From contig CBDCDZ010000004.1 of NCBI GenBank assembly GCA_965215565.1, positions 320,001 to 384,000 on the forward strand: DNA of 64,000 bases. The letters run 5' to 3'. The notes under the pieces are model-generated. The model saw only the letters and a program-made list of their open reading frames with translations. It did no database searches and was not told the DNA's origin. Shown here piece by piece: positions 28,977-40,074 of this stretch (the stretch's first letter is position 1; every line of letters starts with the position of its first letter). The DNA comes from Trueperaceae bacterium (lineage in GTDB: Bacteria; Deinococcota; Deinococci; Deinococcales; Trueperaceae). The position numbers were made by a program, and so were the translations under genes.

Positions 28977-30284
28977 TCAGCGCCCTAGACTGCGTCCCAT
29001 CCCTCTACCGGGTTGACGCTTGCCCATCTTTTTCATCATCTTCTTCATCTGCTCGTAGTTCTTCATCAGGCGGTTGATGTCCTGGACGCTCGTCCCCGAG
29101 CCCGCCGCGATGCGTTTGCGGCGGCTCGCGTTCAACACCTTGGGTCTGCGCCGCTCTTTTTCCGTCATGGACGAGATAATGGCTTCGATGCGGGCGATTT
29201 CGCCCTCGTCGATGTCTGCGCCGCCCAACATCTTGCTCGCGCCGGGAATCATCTTGAGAATGTCGGTGAACGAGCCCATCTTCTTGATCTTTTGCATCTG
29301 GGTAAGCATGTCCTGCAGGGTGAAATCCTTGAGGCTCGTGACCTCGTCGTCGTCGCCCTCTAAGACTTTCGCCTTTTCGATGAGCGTCATCACGTCGCCC
29401 ATGCCGAGGATGCGGCCCGCCACGCGGTCGGGGTAGAAGGGCTCTAAGCCGTCTATTTTCTCGCTCATCCCCGCGAAGTAGATGGGCTTGCCCGTGACGT
29501 GCTTCGCGGAGAGCGCTGCGCCGCCCCGCGCGTCGCCGTCGAGTTTCGTCATGATGAGACCCGAGACGCCCACGCGCGCGTCGAAGGCGGTGGCGACGGG
29601 CAGCGTTTGCTGTCCGGTCATGGCGTCCACGACGAGCATCGCCTCGTTAGGCTCTAGCGCGTCTTTAAGCTCAGCAAGCGCGTCCATGAGGTTTTCGTCG
29701 ATCTGCAAACGCCCCGCCGTGTCCACGATGATGAGGTCGCGGTAGTTCGTCTTGAGGTAGGCTTGCAGGCGCTCTTTGGTGCGCCCCGGCGCTTCGTCGT
29801 CCTCGACTTCTAAAACGGGCACGCTGATCTGCTGACCCAACACGCGGAGTTGGTCACGCGCTGCCGGGCGCTGCGTGTCCGCCGCGATGAGAAGAGGTCT
29901 ACGTCCCTGCGCTTTGTATTTGTACGCGAGCTTGCCCGCTGTCGTCGTCTTACCAGCACCCTGCAAACCCATGAGCATCCACACGTTTTGCTCGCTCTGG
30001 AGGCTAGGCTGCGCCGCCTTGCCGCCTAAGATATCCACAAGCTCGTCGTGGACGATGGAGATTACGCGCTGCTCGGGTTGGAGTGACATCAAAACTTCGG
30101 AGCCGGTGGCTTTCTCTTGAACGCGCCTGGTGAACTCGCGAGCGACTTCCAAGTTGACGTCCGCCTCTAAGAGCGCCACGCGCACCTCGCGGAGCGCTGT
30201 TTTAACCTCCGCCTCGGTCAGTTTGCCGCGCCCGCGCAGCGAATCGAATACACCTTGTAGCCTGTCGCCTAAACTCTCAAACAT
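28977..30284 (-). CDS. ffh: Signal recognition particle protein
   Basis: [25 protein letters not shown] and Met-rich M domain. Confidence 0.98.
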   Translation of the reverse strand: MFESLGDRLQGVFDSLRGRGKLTEAEVKTALREVRVALLEADVNLEVAREFTRRVQEKATGSEVLMSLQPEQRVISIVHDELVDILGGKAAQPSLQSEQNVWMLMGLQGAGKTTTAGKLAYKYKAQGRRPLLIAADTQRPAARDQLRVLGQQISVPVLEVEDDEAPGRTKERLQAYLKTNYRDLIIVDTAGRLQIDENLMDALAELKDALEPNEAMLVVDAMTGQQTLPVATAFDARVGVSGLIMTKLDGDARGGAALSAKHVTGKPIYFAGMSEKIDGLEPFYPDRVAGRILGMGDVMTLIEKAKVLEGDDDEVTSLKDFTLQDMLTQMQKIKKMGSFTDILKMIPGASKMLGGADIDEGEIARIEAIISSMTEKERRRPKVLNASRRKRIAAGSGTSVQDINRLMKNYEQMKKMMKKMGKRQPGRGMGRSLGR

Positions 30285-30414
30285 ATGGGTTCCTTACCGT
30301 CTAAAGAAAGACCGCTCCCTACCCTAGCGTACTCATGTAGGCGGGGTCAAGGCGTGGTGAGGCTCGAGATTGGCAAAGGTGCGCCTGACCCGCAGCATAC
30401 GGCTAGCCTAGTAA

Positions 30415-30594
30415 TAGCAGGTATCATCTAGTTTGAGTGTACGTAAGTTTTGCGAAGCAACGCTCACACCGTAAATAGCGCTGTTGCTAGGCAGCAAACT
30501 TGCGTAACTAGCGCGCACATTCCGAGATGAAATCCCGCTAGCCTTGACAGGCTGAGATCTGCGCTCATCCGTCTCAGTATGTTTGGAACTGCTA
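30415..30594. mobile_element. MITE, TAGCAG family, TAA target duplication
   Basis: TAA-TAGCAGGTATCATC...GGAACTGCTA-TAA. Confidence 0.85.
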
Positions 30595-30607
30595 TAAGAT
30601 GCAGAGC

Positions 30608-31080
30608 GTGAGCGCCTACACCCTCCTCTACGCGCTGAGCGTCGTTCTCATCAATCCCTGGGGTGACGGGTGCGATCTGGACCGCCCCTAAAGTGTACGT
30701 CTTGACCGCGATCTTGCTCCTCAACGGCTTCTTTCTCAGCCGCTGTGAGCTGCTCGAGCTAGGGGCCGCTTGGCGGCGTTCCTGAGCGTCACGCTCATCC
30801 TGACGCTCGCGCTCGTCAGTTTAACGCGGCGGTGGCTGCGCCCGGAACTCGTGTGGGCTGTACTCGGCGCGGCGGGCTTCACTTTCTACGCCGCGCTGCT
30901 AGGCTACCTCCTGCTCGTCACCGCCCGGGGTCCCGCTGCGCCTTTAGAGGTGTTCACCGTCGTCTACCTCGGCTTCACCTTGACCTGGTACGACGCGGCG
31001 CAGTTTAGCCACCTCCCGGAGAGCGAACGGACCACCGATATCCCCACCGATACGTTTCCAGTCACCGGGCTCAACACCGG
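30608..31080 (+). pseudogene. Fragmented membrane-protein gene, possibly O-antigen-ligase-like
   Basis: Hydrophobic segments spread over shifting frames (INPWG, TAPKVYVL, TLTWYDAAQF). Confidence 0.35.
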
Positions 31081-31146
31081 GTCCATCAGCGTCTTCACGG
31101 ACTCGAGTGACACCACGTCACGCAGCCTCTCAGCGTCCCCGCGCTT

Positions 31147-31293
31147 GGCATGGTCGCCCTCAACTCCCAAGAGGTCCCGCGCTAATTTCTGATGGTGGGT
31201 GCGGTCGTTGTCACGGTGCCCATCATAGTGCTCTTCTTCTGGTTCGAGAAGTATCTGGTTAGCAGGCTCACAGCGGGCGGGGTTAAGGAGTGA
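31147..31293 (+). pseudogene. 3-prime fragment of an ABC permease paralogous to 54727-56010
   Basis: GMVALNSQEVPR*FLMVGAVVVTVPIIVLFFWFEKYLVSRLTAGGVKE* versus GMVALNSQEVPRQFLMAGAVIVTVPIMVLFFWFEKYLVGGLTAGGVKE. Confidence 0.9.
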
Positions 31294-31505
31294 AGCAACA
31301 CTCTTACTTATAAGAACATCGTTTCCTTTTGCTGCGCAAAAACTACGTAATCGGAAAACTGCGTCTGCTCGCTCACGCGGAGCAACTTTTAGAAATGTAG
31401 CGTGCACTTGATTGTGATGAAGTTCCGTTACAGTAAAGCTGTGAAATCTGCGGAGAAGTGTTGCTTCGCATAGTTGCACTCAAGCAATGAAACGTGGAAA
31501 TGCTA
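31294..31505. mobile_element. Truncated TAGCAG-family MITE
   Basis: Inverse similarity to 40075-40227; ends GGAAATGCTA. Confidence 0.7.
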
Positions 31506-31604
31506 TTTCAAGCGCTTCGGTTGCATTCAGCTCGAGCAAAACAGCGCGGTCAAATGACTCAAAGCCGCGCTGTCTCGCTTAAACTATAGACCCTGTTCAG
31601 GCTA

Positions 31605-31805
31605 AAGCAGTTCACAGAAGTACTGAATTGGAAGAGCGCTTACGAAGTTTTGCCCCCGGCAAAAGCCTCAGTTCGAAGAACCATCCCGCTCTCAGGCAAA
31701 GCCTAGCGAGACGGCTTCGCCTGAGAGCGGGATTTCATTTAAGAATGTGCGTGCTCACCCAAGTTCTCTAAGGTGAGACTGGCTCAAACCAAATGATACT
31801 TGCTA
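31605..31805. mobile_element. Degenerate TAGCAG-family MITE with the CATCCCGCTCTCAGGC hairpin
   Basis: AAGCAGTTC...ATGATACTTGCTA termini; hairpin 31682-31733 nearly identical to 28872-28924. Confidence 0.7.
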
Positions 31806-31926
31806 TATTTATACGAAATTGCAGGGTTTACTTACCCTCACTGGGGACGTTGGAGCTTACCACCACAGATGGGCTTGCAAACTAAGCCATGCAACCTCGT
31901 ATTACGTCTTCAGCGTTGGATGTTGC

Positions 31927-33867
31927 TCACTCACCGTCCGTCAATCCGCACGGAGGGTACTCAATAACGTAGCTCGGCATACCCGGACTACCGCTATCAA
32001 CTTGATCACCGCAGTCGTTGATTACATCCTCGATGGTACCCGCAGTGAGGTTGACGGTCATAATGTGCGTGAGCTGCACGCCCGGTACCGCCGGCACCTC
32101 GAAGCCCCTCTCCGTGACAATGGACGGATTGTTCTGATTGAAAACGTAGACGCCGCCGCCATAGAGGGTGTGCGTTTTGACGTTATCCGCTACCTTGTAG
32201 CCAGCCCAGCCGAGGGTATCGCCGTTCATCCAGTCGTCCTGGGTAGGTGGGTCATAAGGTAATTCGTTTTGGTACAAAATCGTCGTGCCGTTCTCACCGT
32301 TCCAGATGGTGTTGTACTCCTGGAAGTGCTCGACGAAAAGACCCGTTGCCGTTACGTTGTTCCCATTGATAATCGCACCGTTGCGACCCAAGTTCGTGTT
32401 CCAGCGCTCGGTGTCGCCGTTGACGCCCTCCGTGAAGCCTTCGACGCCGTGGTCGCCGCGCCACACCCAGGTGTGGTCAATGAGGACATTGTCGCTGTTG
32501 ACCTCGAGTGCGACCACCGTCTTACCGATATAGGGTCCGCCCACGCGGAAGTACACGTCGGAGAGCGTCGTCGGATTAGCTGCGTCGCTCTCGCCTGCGT
32601 CGCCGTTCTTCTCACCCACTTGTAAAAGAAGGGGCGACAGCTCGCTGCCCGCGTCGATGGTGATACCTGCAACTACAACGCCGGGCACGTCAGCCACCGT
32701 TAGCGGAACAGCACCGTTCGTCGCTTTGAGGGTCGCGTGCCCGATACCTAGCACAACGGTATTGGCACGCACGACTTGGATGGTTTGAGCGACCTCGTAG
32801 ACGCCTGGCGTCAGGAAGAGGTGACGCCCCTCCGCCAACCGTTTATTAATCGTGTCCACCGAGGCAGAGGGGGTCGCCACAAAGAATTCCCCTAACGCCA
32901 GAGTACGTCCCGCCGTCATGGTCTCCCCCCAAGAGACGCCCCGCGTCTCGCTCTGGGCTGAGGGCACGCGGACCTTGTAGTCACCCTCTTCCAGGAAGAG
33001 GTAGGGCTTCTCACGGCTCACCGGGGTGGTCTCTAAGTTGGTATAGGGTAGCTGCGGGACGCCTTCATCGTCGTAACCGGGGAAGCTGGCGTCGTCGGGT
33101 GCGCCCACAACGCCTGCGAATACCTGGTTCCACACGCCGTTGGTCCACTCACCGACCTCGCTGTTGCGGGTCAGCCACTGCTGCTGGGAGCCGTTGAGGA
33201 CCGTTTCTGCCCTTGTGTCCGCGACGAACCCGCCGCTGGCGAACTGGGGACCCGCCGTACAGAAGTCCATGAGCGAGAGGGTTCCGCCGCGAACGTCCAC
33301 GCGGCGCACCGAGACGGCTTGCGACACCGCCCAGAAGTTCGCCTCTTGGCGGCACTCGTCCTGACCCTTCGCGTTGATGTGCAGCGTGAGGTTGGAGAGC
33401 GTACGCCAAAAGTTGTTGAGCGCGATGCAGTTGCTCGCGCCGTTATCCTCCAAGCAGCGGTTGTAAACCTCGATTTTGCCGTTGATTATGACATCGCCGG
33501 GTGACGCGCCCAGACCGGAAACCTCAGTATAGTACCCGACCTTAATCTGGAGCGGCTCCTCGTCGGTTCCGTAGGTGCCGGGCTTGAAGAGGTAGGCAAA
33601 ACGCGCACCGCCCATCTCATTATCGACTTGCTGCGCGTGCGTGGCGTCGAGAACACCTTGAATCTCACTCACGGGCATACTGGAATCGAATACCGTCGTG
33701 TTCGGACCGAGGTCATCGGTTTTGATGGGCTCTGACCCTTGATGGCTATTACATGCGCCCATGAAGAAGATCACCCCTAGCAGAAGGATGGGGATTGGTT
33801 TAGTCTTGCATCTGCTCTCAGCGTTCGTCTCACTTGACCCTAAGTTACTCGCCCTGTGTGGCTTCAT
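31927..33867 (-). CDS. GH55-like exo-beta-1,3-glucanase, probable lipoprotein
   Basis: LFKPGTY, VGYYTEVSGLG, NFWR, WAVSQA, SQQQW, WVWRGDHG and GLFVEHFQ motifs; lipobox-like MGAC. Confidence 0.75.
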   Translation of the reverse strand: MKPHRASNLGSSETNAESRCKTKPIPILLLGVIFFMGACNSHQGSEPIKTDDLGPNTTVFDSSMPVSEIQGVLDATHAQQVDNEMGGARFAYLFKPGTYGTDEEPLQIKVGYYTEVSGLGASPGDVIINGKIEVYNRCLEDNGASNCIALNNFWRTLSNLTLHINAKGQDECRQEANFWAVSQAVSVRRVDVRGGTLSLMDFCTAGPQFASGGFVADTRAETVLNGSQQQWLTRNSEVGEWTNGVWNQVFAGVVGAPDDASFPGYDDEGVPQLPYTNLETTPVSREKPYLFLEEGDYKVRVPSAQSETRGVSWGETMTAGRTLALGEFFVATPSASVDTINKRLAEGRHLFLTPGVYEVAQTIQVVRANTVVLGIGHATLKATNGAVPLTVADVPGVVVAGITIDAGSELSPLLLQVGEKNGDAGESDAANPTTLSDVYFRVGGPYIGKTVVALEVNSDNVLIDHTWVWRGDHGVEGFTEGVNGDTERWNTNLGRNGAIINGNNVTATGLFVEHFQEYNTIWNGENGTTILYQNELPYDPPTQDDWMNGDTLGWAGYKVADNVKTHTLYGGGVYVFNQNNPSIVTERGFEVPAVPGVQLTHIMTVNLTAGTIEDVINDCGDQVDSGSPGMPSYVIEYPPCGLTDGE

Positions 33868-33975
33868 AGTTTCCTTTCCGGTGCTTTGAACTGTGCGGTG
33901 CTATGTCGATATAGCAATGTTGACTACCAAGTGCTCCGAGAGCCCGTCTAGCTGACTACAGCGGTGACTTCCCAC

Positions 33976-35317
33976 CTAGACGACGCCCTCCTTGGTTGCC
34001 GCGACGGTCTCGGCGTACCACTTGGCACTCGCTTTGGGGATGCGCTCTAAAGTCTTGTAGTCGGTATAGACCAGCCCGAAACGCTTGCTGTAACCAAAGG
34101 CCCACTCGAAGTTGTCCAGGAGGCTCCAGGCGAAGTAGCCCCGCACATCCGCGCCGCGCTCTATCGCCTCGGCAACTGCCACCAAATGCGTTTTGAGGTA
34201 GCGGATACGCGCCTCATCTTTGACCTCTCCGTGCTCGAGCACGTCGGGATACGCCGCGCCGTTCTCGGTGACCAGCAGAGGCGGCGAGGTCGGATAATCC
34301 GCACTGAGCTGGACGAGCAAATCCGTCAACCCCTGCGGATAAACTTCCCAGCCCATATCCGTGTGTTCGCCTGTCGCCGAGACGTTGCGAAAGCATGGCG
34401 GGTCGCCGTCCGGATCGTGCGCTATTACCGCGCGGCTGTAGTAGTTCACGCCCAAAAAGTCGAGGGGCGCGCTGATTCGCTCCAGGTCGCCCGCTCGAAC
34501 CTCAGGCACGTCCTCACCGTAGACCTCCCACATATCCTCTGGATACTCGCCCTTGACGAGCGGCTCCAAGAACCAGCGGTTGAAAAAGCCGTCGAAGAGA
34601 CGAGCAGCTCTTTCGTCTTGAGGACTGTCGCTCGCAGGATAGCTCGGCGTGAAGTTGAGGACGATACCGTGCTGCGCGCCGGGCGCGTTCTCGCGCATGA
34701 CGGACAGCGCCGCGCCGTGTGCCAAAAGCATAATGATGCGCCGCTTGGAGCGCCTTTTTGCGGTTTTTGAATCCTGGCGCGTGTTCGCCAAAGTAGTGAC
34801 CCAGTATCGCGCTGCACCAAGGTTCGTTGAGGGTAGTGTAGGCGTGCACGCGGTCGCCCAGGCGTGCGGTAACTGCGTCGGCGTAAGTAATAAACGCCTC
34901 CACGATGTCTCTCGAGACCCATCCCCCTATGTCCTGCAAAGCTTGTGGCAGGTCCCAGTGGTAGAGGGTCACGTGCGGCTCGAGCCTCCGCTCTAAAAGG
35001 CTATCGACCAAACGGTCGTAAAAGTCGAGCCCCTTCTCGTTCACTTGACCTGTTCCTTGGGGTAGGACGCGCGGCCACGCCACTGAGAAGCGGTACGCGC
35101 CGACGTTCAGGCTCTGGATGAGGTCTAAGTCGCTCTGCCAGCGGTGGTAGTGGTCGCAAGCGACTTCGCCGGTGTCGTCCCCTTGGACTTTGCCGGATGT
35201 TGCGCAAAAGGTGTCCCAGATAGAAAGACCACGTCCGTCCTCGCGGGTTGCCCCTTCGATTTGAAAGGCGGCGGTAGCGACGCCCCAGGTGAAGTCAGGT
35301 AGAAAATCTAAGCTCAT
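33976..35317 (-). pseudogene. GH1 beta-glucosidase with a single +1 frameshift near 34732
   Basis: ATAAFQIEG and TLNEP in one frame, TENG and WSLLDNFEW in another; removing one base restores AAHHMLLAHG. Confidence 0.88.
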
Positions 35318-35445
35318 ATGGGCTCCTGGTAAAATCTGTACGAATTTCAGTTTCCATGTTTCCCTACAAACGAATTCAAAAAGGTAAGAACAGCGTCAAA
35401 GGTACACCTTTGACCTGCGCCCCTCTCTAGCTACCTCGACATCCC

Positions 35446-36318
35446 TCAACCTTTCACTGCGCCCTGCGTCAGCCCTTCGATGATCTGCTTAGAGGCGAAA
35501 ACGAAAACGATCAAGAGGGGTAAAACCGTGAGCGCCGCCGCCAACATCACCGCGCCCCAGTCGGTCGAATAGAGCCCCTGAAGGTTGCGCAACGTCACGG
35601 GTAGCGTGTAGGTCTCGTCTTGTTGAAGGACGATCAGCGGAATGATGAAGTTGTTCCACGAGGTGATGAAGGTGATGAGCCCCAGCGTGCCCAAGGCGGG
35701 GCGCACGAGGGGGAGCACCACGCCCCAGTAGATGCGGAACTCCGATGCGCCGTCGATGCGCGAAGCGTCCATCAGTTCGCGGGGGATGCTGGACGCGATA
35801 AACTGCCGCATCAGGAATATCCCGAAGGCGTTCGCCATCCCCGGCACCCACAGCGCACGGGGCGTATCGATCCAACCGAAGAGCTTGATGATGATGAAGT
35901 ACGGGATGATATTGAGCGCCGCTGGAATCATCAGCGTAGCTAGCACGAAGCCGAACAGCACGTTTTTGTAACGGAAGTCGTACATGGCGAAGCCGAACCC
36001 GCCCAAGCTACAAAAGAAAAGTGTCGTGACAGTTGCCATGACCGCGATGTAGAGGCTGTTCCAAGCGCTCCTCCAGAAGGGCACTTGGTCGAGCAGCGAC
36101 GTGTAGTTTGTAGCCAGGTCATCTCCGAACCATAGAGGCGGCGGCGTGGTGTAAATTTCGCTCGTGCTGTGCGTACCCAGAGTATGCACCCAGTACACGG
36201 GAAACACCGCGATAAGCGCGAGAAAGGCTACGCCGAGAAGGGCGACTGCCCGCTTGATACCCGTCCGAGTCCTATTCTCTGCGCCCGCCGCCCGCATTTC
36301 ACCCGGCGCCAACGCCAT
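35446..36318 (-). CDS. Sugar ABC transporter permease
   Basis: DASRIDGA motif; ends GAVKG. Confidence 0.92.
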   Translation of the reverse strand: MALAPGEMRAAGAENRTRTGIKRAVALLGVAFLALIAVFPVYWVHTLGTHSTSEIYTTPPPLWFGDDLATNYTSLLDQVPFWRSAWNSLYIAVMATVTTLFFCSLGGFGFAMYDFRYKNVLFGFVLATLMIPAALNIIPYFIIIKLFGWIDTPRALWVPGMANAFGIFLMRQFIASSIPRELMDASRIDGASEFRIYWGVVLPLVRPALGTLGLITFITSWNNFIIPLIVLQQDETYTLPVTLRNLQGLYSTDWGAVMLAAALTVLPLLIVFVFASKQIIEGLTQGAVKG

Positions 36319-37319
36319 TATTCTCGCCTCTCTAACCCGCTGCGTCCCATCACCATGAACTGCACGGCGGTTACGACGCCGATGATAAAAAAGAGTACCC
36401 AGGACATCGCGGCAGCCGTGCCCATATCCGACCAGTTAAAGGCGGTGCGGTAGAGGTACAGAACCACCGTCATGCCGCTCCGCGCCGGTCCACCCTCACC
36501 ACCGGTTAAGATAAAGGGCTCTTCAAACATCTGTAGGTTGCCAATAATCGATAGGGTGACGGCAAAAAAGGCGATGGGGCGCACCAGCGGCAAGCTAATA
36601 TACCAGAACTTCTGCCAGGTGTTCGCGCCGTCAACTTCGGCCGCTTCGTAGTATTCACGGGGGATAGAGGCGAAGCCGCTGCTGTAGAGCACGGCGTTGA
36701 AGCCGAAGAACTTCCAGAAGACCAGCAGGGCAATCGCAGGTTTGACATAAGGGGCGGAGCCCAGCCAGTTGATGGGTAAAGCTTCGGCAAGTCCGCCCCA
36801 GAGCCAGGCACTCCAGGGCGCGGTTACCAAGTAGCTCAGCAGGGTGTTCAGCAGCCCGTGGTGAAGCCCGTATAGGGTTGAAAATACCAGCGCGACTGCC
36901 ACAGTCGAGGCGATGTAGGGCACGAACACCATGCCGCTAAAGAGGTTGCGAAACCTGGGCAGCATGACGATGAGCGCGAACGCTAGCGGAATAGCGACGA
37001 GGTGCTGCGGCACGCCCGAGACGACCGCCAGCCACACCGTGTTGCCGAGCGACTGCCAGAACCAGGGGTCAGTGAGGAGGAACTGGTAGTTCTCAAAACC
37101 GACGAAGCGCATCGCGCCGATGCCCTGCACGGGGTCCCAGCGCTGAAAGGAGAGGTAGACCGAAAAGAGGATAGGAAACAGCCCGAAAATAAGGAACAGA
37201 ACAAAAAAAGGGCTGATGAAGATATAGGGTGCGTAGCGGCGCTGAAAGATGTGTAGGCGCGTTTTCCAGGGGAGCTTCTCCCGCTTGGGCGGGGCGGTTG
37301 AAGTTGAGCGAACAGCCAT
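36318..37319 (-). CDS. Sugar ABC transporter permease
   Basis: EAAEVDGA motif; TM segments. Confidence 0.92.
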   Translation of the reverse strand: MAVRSTSTAPPKREKLPWKTRLHIFQRRYAPYIFISPFFVLFLIFGLFPILFSVYLSFQRWDPVQGIGAMRFVGFENYQFLLTDPWFWQSLGNTVWLAVVSGVPQHLVAIPLAFALIVMLPRFRNLFSGMVFVPYIASTVAVALVFSTLYGLHHGLLNTLLSYLVTAPWSAWLWGGLAEALPINWLGSAPYVKPAIALLVFWKFFGFNAVLYSSGFASIPREYYEAAEVDGANTWQKFWYISLPLVRPIAFFAVTLSIIGNLQMFEEPFILTGGEGGPARSGMTVVLYLYRTAFNWSDMGTAAAMSWVLFFIIGVVTAVQFMVMGRSGLERRE

Positions 37320-37376
37320 AGCCGAGCCTCCAAAGGTGGAAGGGGGGTGCAAGGAGCACCCCCGAAGACGTTGTGA

Positions 37377-38603
37377 TCACTGGCGCGAGATGCGACGCTC
37401 GATGAGCATCTGGGCTTCCTCCAAAGCAGCGCTGATCTCTTTGCCCTGGGTCAGAACCTGCGTAAGCTGGTCTCCTACAATCTCATCCGCGAGTGCATCA
37501 TTGGGGTTGACGGGCTGACCGGTAATCTCATTGGCGATATCGATGGCGACTCGGTAAGCTTGCTGTCCACCCAGAAACTCCACGGGCTCTTCAAAAACGG
37601 CATTGTCGTAAACCTCGGTATCTGAAGGAAACGCACTGATAGTCTCAAACGCGAGCATCTGCGTATCGGGATTCGTGGTGAGAAACTGAATAAAGTCCCA
37701 AGCGAGTTCCTTGTTGTCAGACCTCTCGGGAACCGCGTAGAACGAGCCACCCCAACTGACGTAGCTCTCGGCGGGTAGGGTTGTCACGCCCCACAGCCCG
37801 GAGGTGTCAGGAACGGTACTCTCCAACCAAGTTGTGAGCCAGAACCCAAACAGCTCGGTTGCCGCTTGACCACTCTGGAACGACGCCGCCCACTCGGGAG
37901 ACCAGTCATCCACATTGAGGTCCATGCCCTCGTCGCGAATCGTCTTGGCAAGCTCGAAAGCTTCCGCGAAGCGTTCACTGGTGACCAGGGGGTTGCCTTC
38001 GGCGTCGAAATAAAGCCCCTCGCCCTCGGCAGCGTTGCTGCGGATGTAAGCGTGATAGACGCGAGCGGCGTTCGGAATTAAGACGAGCCCCTGCTCTTTA
38101 AGCGCCCGACCGAACTCCAGGTAGCTGTCCCAGCTCTGCCCGATTTCTTCGACGGTTGTGCCCATCTGCTCCAAGATGTCGCGGCGGTAGAACATCGTAC
38201 CGGGTCCCAAGTCGGTCGGGATGGCGATGAGACGTCCGTCTGAAGTCGTCGCCTGCTCGAGCGCGTAATCGACGAGGTCTTGGGTGACTTCAGCCGCATT
38301 GTAGGGCGCTTCGTTGAGGTCGACAAGTCCTCCCGCTGAAGCGAACTGCGAGATAAAACCTATTTCGATAGCGGTGACGTCCGGTGCGCCTGCGCCGCTC
38401 GCCAGGGTGGTGAGAAGCGCCGTGTGGTGGTCGACGAACTCTTTGGAGACGACTTCGACGCTCACGTCCGGGTTCTGCTCTTGGTAGGCAGTAGCCGCCA
38501 CGCGCACCGCCTCGGTGAGGTTGGGGAACGCGGCGACGGTCAGCGTCTGCTGCGCAAATACAGGGGTCAGTAACAGGGTGGCGAGGATCAAAAGTCGTTT
38601 CAT
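37377..38603 (-). CDS. Sugar ABC transporter substrate-binding protein
   Basis: Signal peptide; GAGAPDV and WGGS motifs; AAGGAG RBS. Confidence 0.9.
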   Translation of the reverse strand: MKRLLILATLLLTPVFAQQTLTVAAFPNLTEAVRVAATAYQEQNPDVSVEVVSKEFVDHHTALLTTLASGAGAPDVTAIEIGFISQFASAGGLVDLNEAPYNAAEVTQDLVDYALEQATTSDGRLIAIPTDLGPGTMFYRRDILEQMGTTVEEIGQSWDSYLEFGRALKEQGLVLIPNAARVYHAYIRSNAAEGEGLYFDAEGNPLVTSERFAEAFELAKTIRDEGMDLNVDDWSPEWAASFQSGQAATELFGFWLTTWLESTVPDTSGLWGVTTLPAESYVSWGGSFYAVPERSDNKELAWDFIQFLTTNPDTQMLAFETISAFPSDTEVYDNAVFEEPVEFLGGQQAYRVAIDIANEITGQPVNPNDALADEIVGDQLTQVLTQGKEISAALEEAQMLIERRISRQ

Positions 38604-38672
38604 CTAAAGCTCCTTTTCTGTGCGAGTTCTGCGCTAGGGATTTGGATGGTGCTCACGTACTGAACCGAACCT

Positions 38673-39680
38673 TTAGAGACGCTTAACCGAACGCCGAACG
38701 ATGAGTCTAGGCTCGAATTTTCGCTTCACCTCCGCTTCTCGCTGGTCCAGAGCCGCGAGTGCGATGTGCGCGGCAGCCTGCCCCATCTCCTCCAAGGGTT
38801 GCTGAACCGTCGTCAGCGCCGGATAGAAGTACCGGGCGATAAAAACGTCGTCGTAGCCGACGAGGGAGATGTCTTGAGGAATGTTCAAACCGTGGGCGCG
38901 GAGCGTGTGCAAGATGCCCGCCGCCATCTGGTCGTTCGCCGAAAAGATAGCGCTCAGGTCCAACCTTCTGTCCAGCAACCGCTGCGCGGCGCGCTGACCG
39001 CCTTCTTCCTTGAAGTCCGCCTCGACCACGTAAGCCTCGTCGTAAGGAAGCCCGGCAGTCTCAAGCGCTCGGCGGTAGCCTTGCAAACGGTCGCGACTGT
39101 CTTTCATAGCGAGCGGCCCGGCAACATGCGCGATACGCCGATGTCCTTGCTCGAGCAGATACTGGGTTGCTAAAAAGCCGCCCTTTTCATTGTCCAGGTG
39201 GATGCAGCGCTCGCCTAGTTCGGTGATGTTGCGGCCCATGATGACGATAGGGGTTTCAGCAGGGAGATTCCCTTCGAGCCAGCTCAAAAGCTCGCCGTCC
39301 GTCAGCGTTTCCAGACGCAGGATGAGCGCGTCTGAGCGGCGTTGTACCAGATAGCTCGCCGCCTTACGCTCGAACGCCGCATCCGCGTGACCGCTCGAGA
39401 CGATGAGGTGCATACCCGCCGCTTCGACTACCCGTTCGATACCGCGCACGATGCCGCTGTAGTAGGGGCTCGAAATTTCGTTAATCACTACCCCGATACC
39501 GCCCGAACGGTTTGTGACCAGCCCTCGCGCAAAGGCGTTGGGCTGGTAGTTGAGTTTTTCGATGGCGTCCAGCACGCGCTTTTTGGTATCACTCGCAACG
39601 GGTACAGTTCCATTAAGAACCCGTGAGACCGTCGCGGCTGAGACCCCGGCGTGGTAAGACACCTCTTTGATCGTCGGCAT
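38673..39680 (-). CDS. LacI-family transcriptional regulator
   Basis: PTIKEVS...VSAATVSRVLN HTH; PALTTV. Confidence 0.95.
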   Translation of the reverse strand: MPTIKEVSYHAGVSAATVSRVLNGTVPVASDTKKRVLDAIEKLNYQPNAFARGLVTNRSGGIGVVINEISSPYYSGIVRGIERVVEAAGMHLIVSSGHADAAFERKAASYLVQRRSDALILRLETLTDGELLSWLEGNLPAETPIVIMGRNITELGERCIHLDNEKGGFLATQYLLEQGHRRIAHVAGPLAMKDSRDRLQGYRRALETAGLPYDEAYVVEADFKEEGGQRAAQRLLDRRLDLSAIFSANDQMAAGILHTLRAHGLNIPQDISLVGYDDVFIARYFYPALTTVQQPLEEMGQAAAHIALAALDQREAEVKRKFEPRLIVRRSVKRL

Positions 39681-39693
39681 CAGCACCTCTTTA

Positions 39694-39707
39694 TGAAATC
39701 GCTTTCA
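39694..39707. promoter_or_regulatory. LacI-type operator TGAAATCGCTTTCA (proximal)
   Basis: Near-palindrome with central CG; identical copy at 39855. Confidence 0.75.
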
Positions 39708-39854
39708 TTGCAGCGTAGTAGACTCTACGGGAATTGTCAAGTCGCTTTTTCTCGATCTTCCTTTACAATTTAAGATTAAAGAGGGTCAACATGCTCTATT
39801 TTCCTCATTACTATTAGTTATAGAAGCAGGAGGCTGACTTTAGGTTGAAATATC

Positions 39855-39868
39855 TGAAATCGCTTTCA
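39855..39868. promoter_or_regulatory. LacI-type operator TGAAATCGCTTTCA (distal)
   Basis: Exact 14-bp duplicate 161 bp upstream of the proximal site. Confidence 0.7.
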
Positions 39869-40074
39869 TAGCGTAAGTTGTGCCGAGCGCACTTATATGA
39901 GCGTGGGTGCGCAGCTTCTGTGTTGAGAAGGGGTGGAAAGAGCGTTCAATCAGAGTTCACAGGTGCTGAGGCGTTGATGCTCCAACGCCCCGTACGGCTG
40001 ACGTCTCCGCCGCTTCGTGACAAGTAGTGCCAAAGAGCTAGAGCTATCCGTTTGGCTATCGCGGATCATACACA

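Noticed and set aside
34720..34745. Programmed frameshift or phase variation in GH1
   Set aside because: No slippery heptamer or long homopolymer at the site; a point insertion or sequencing error is simpler
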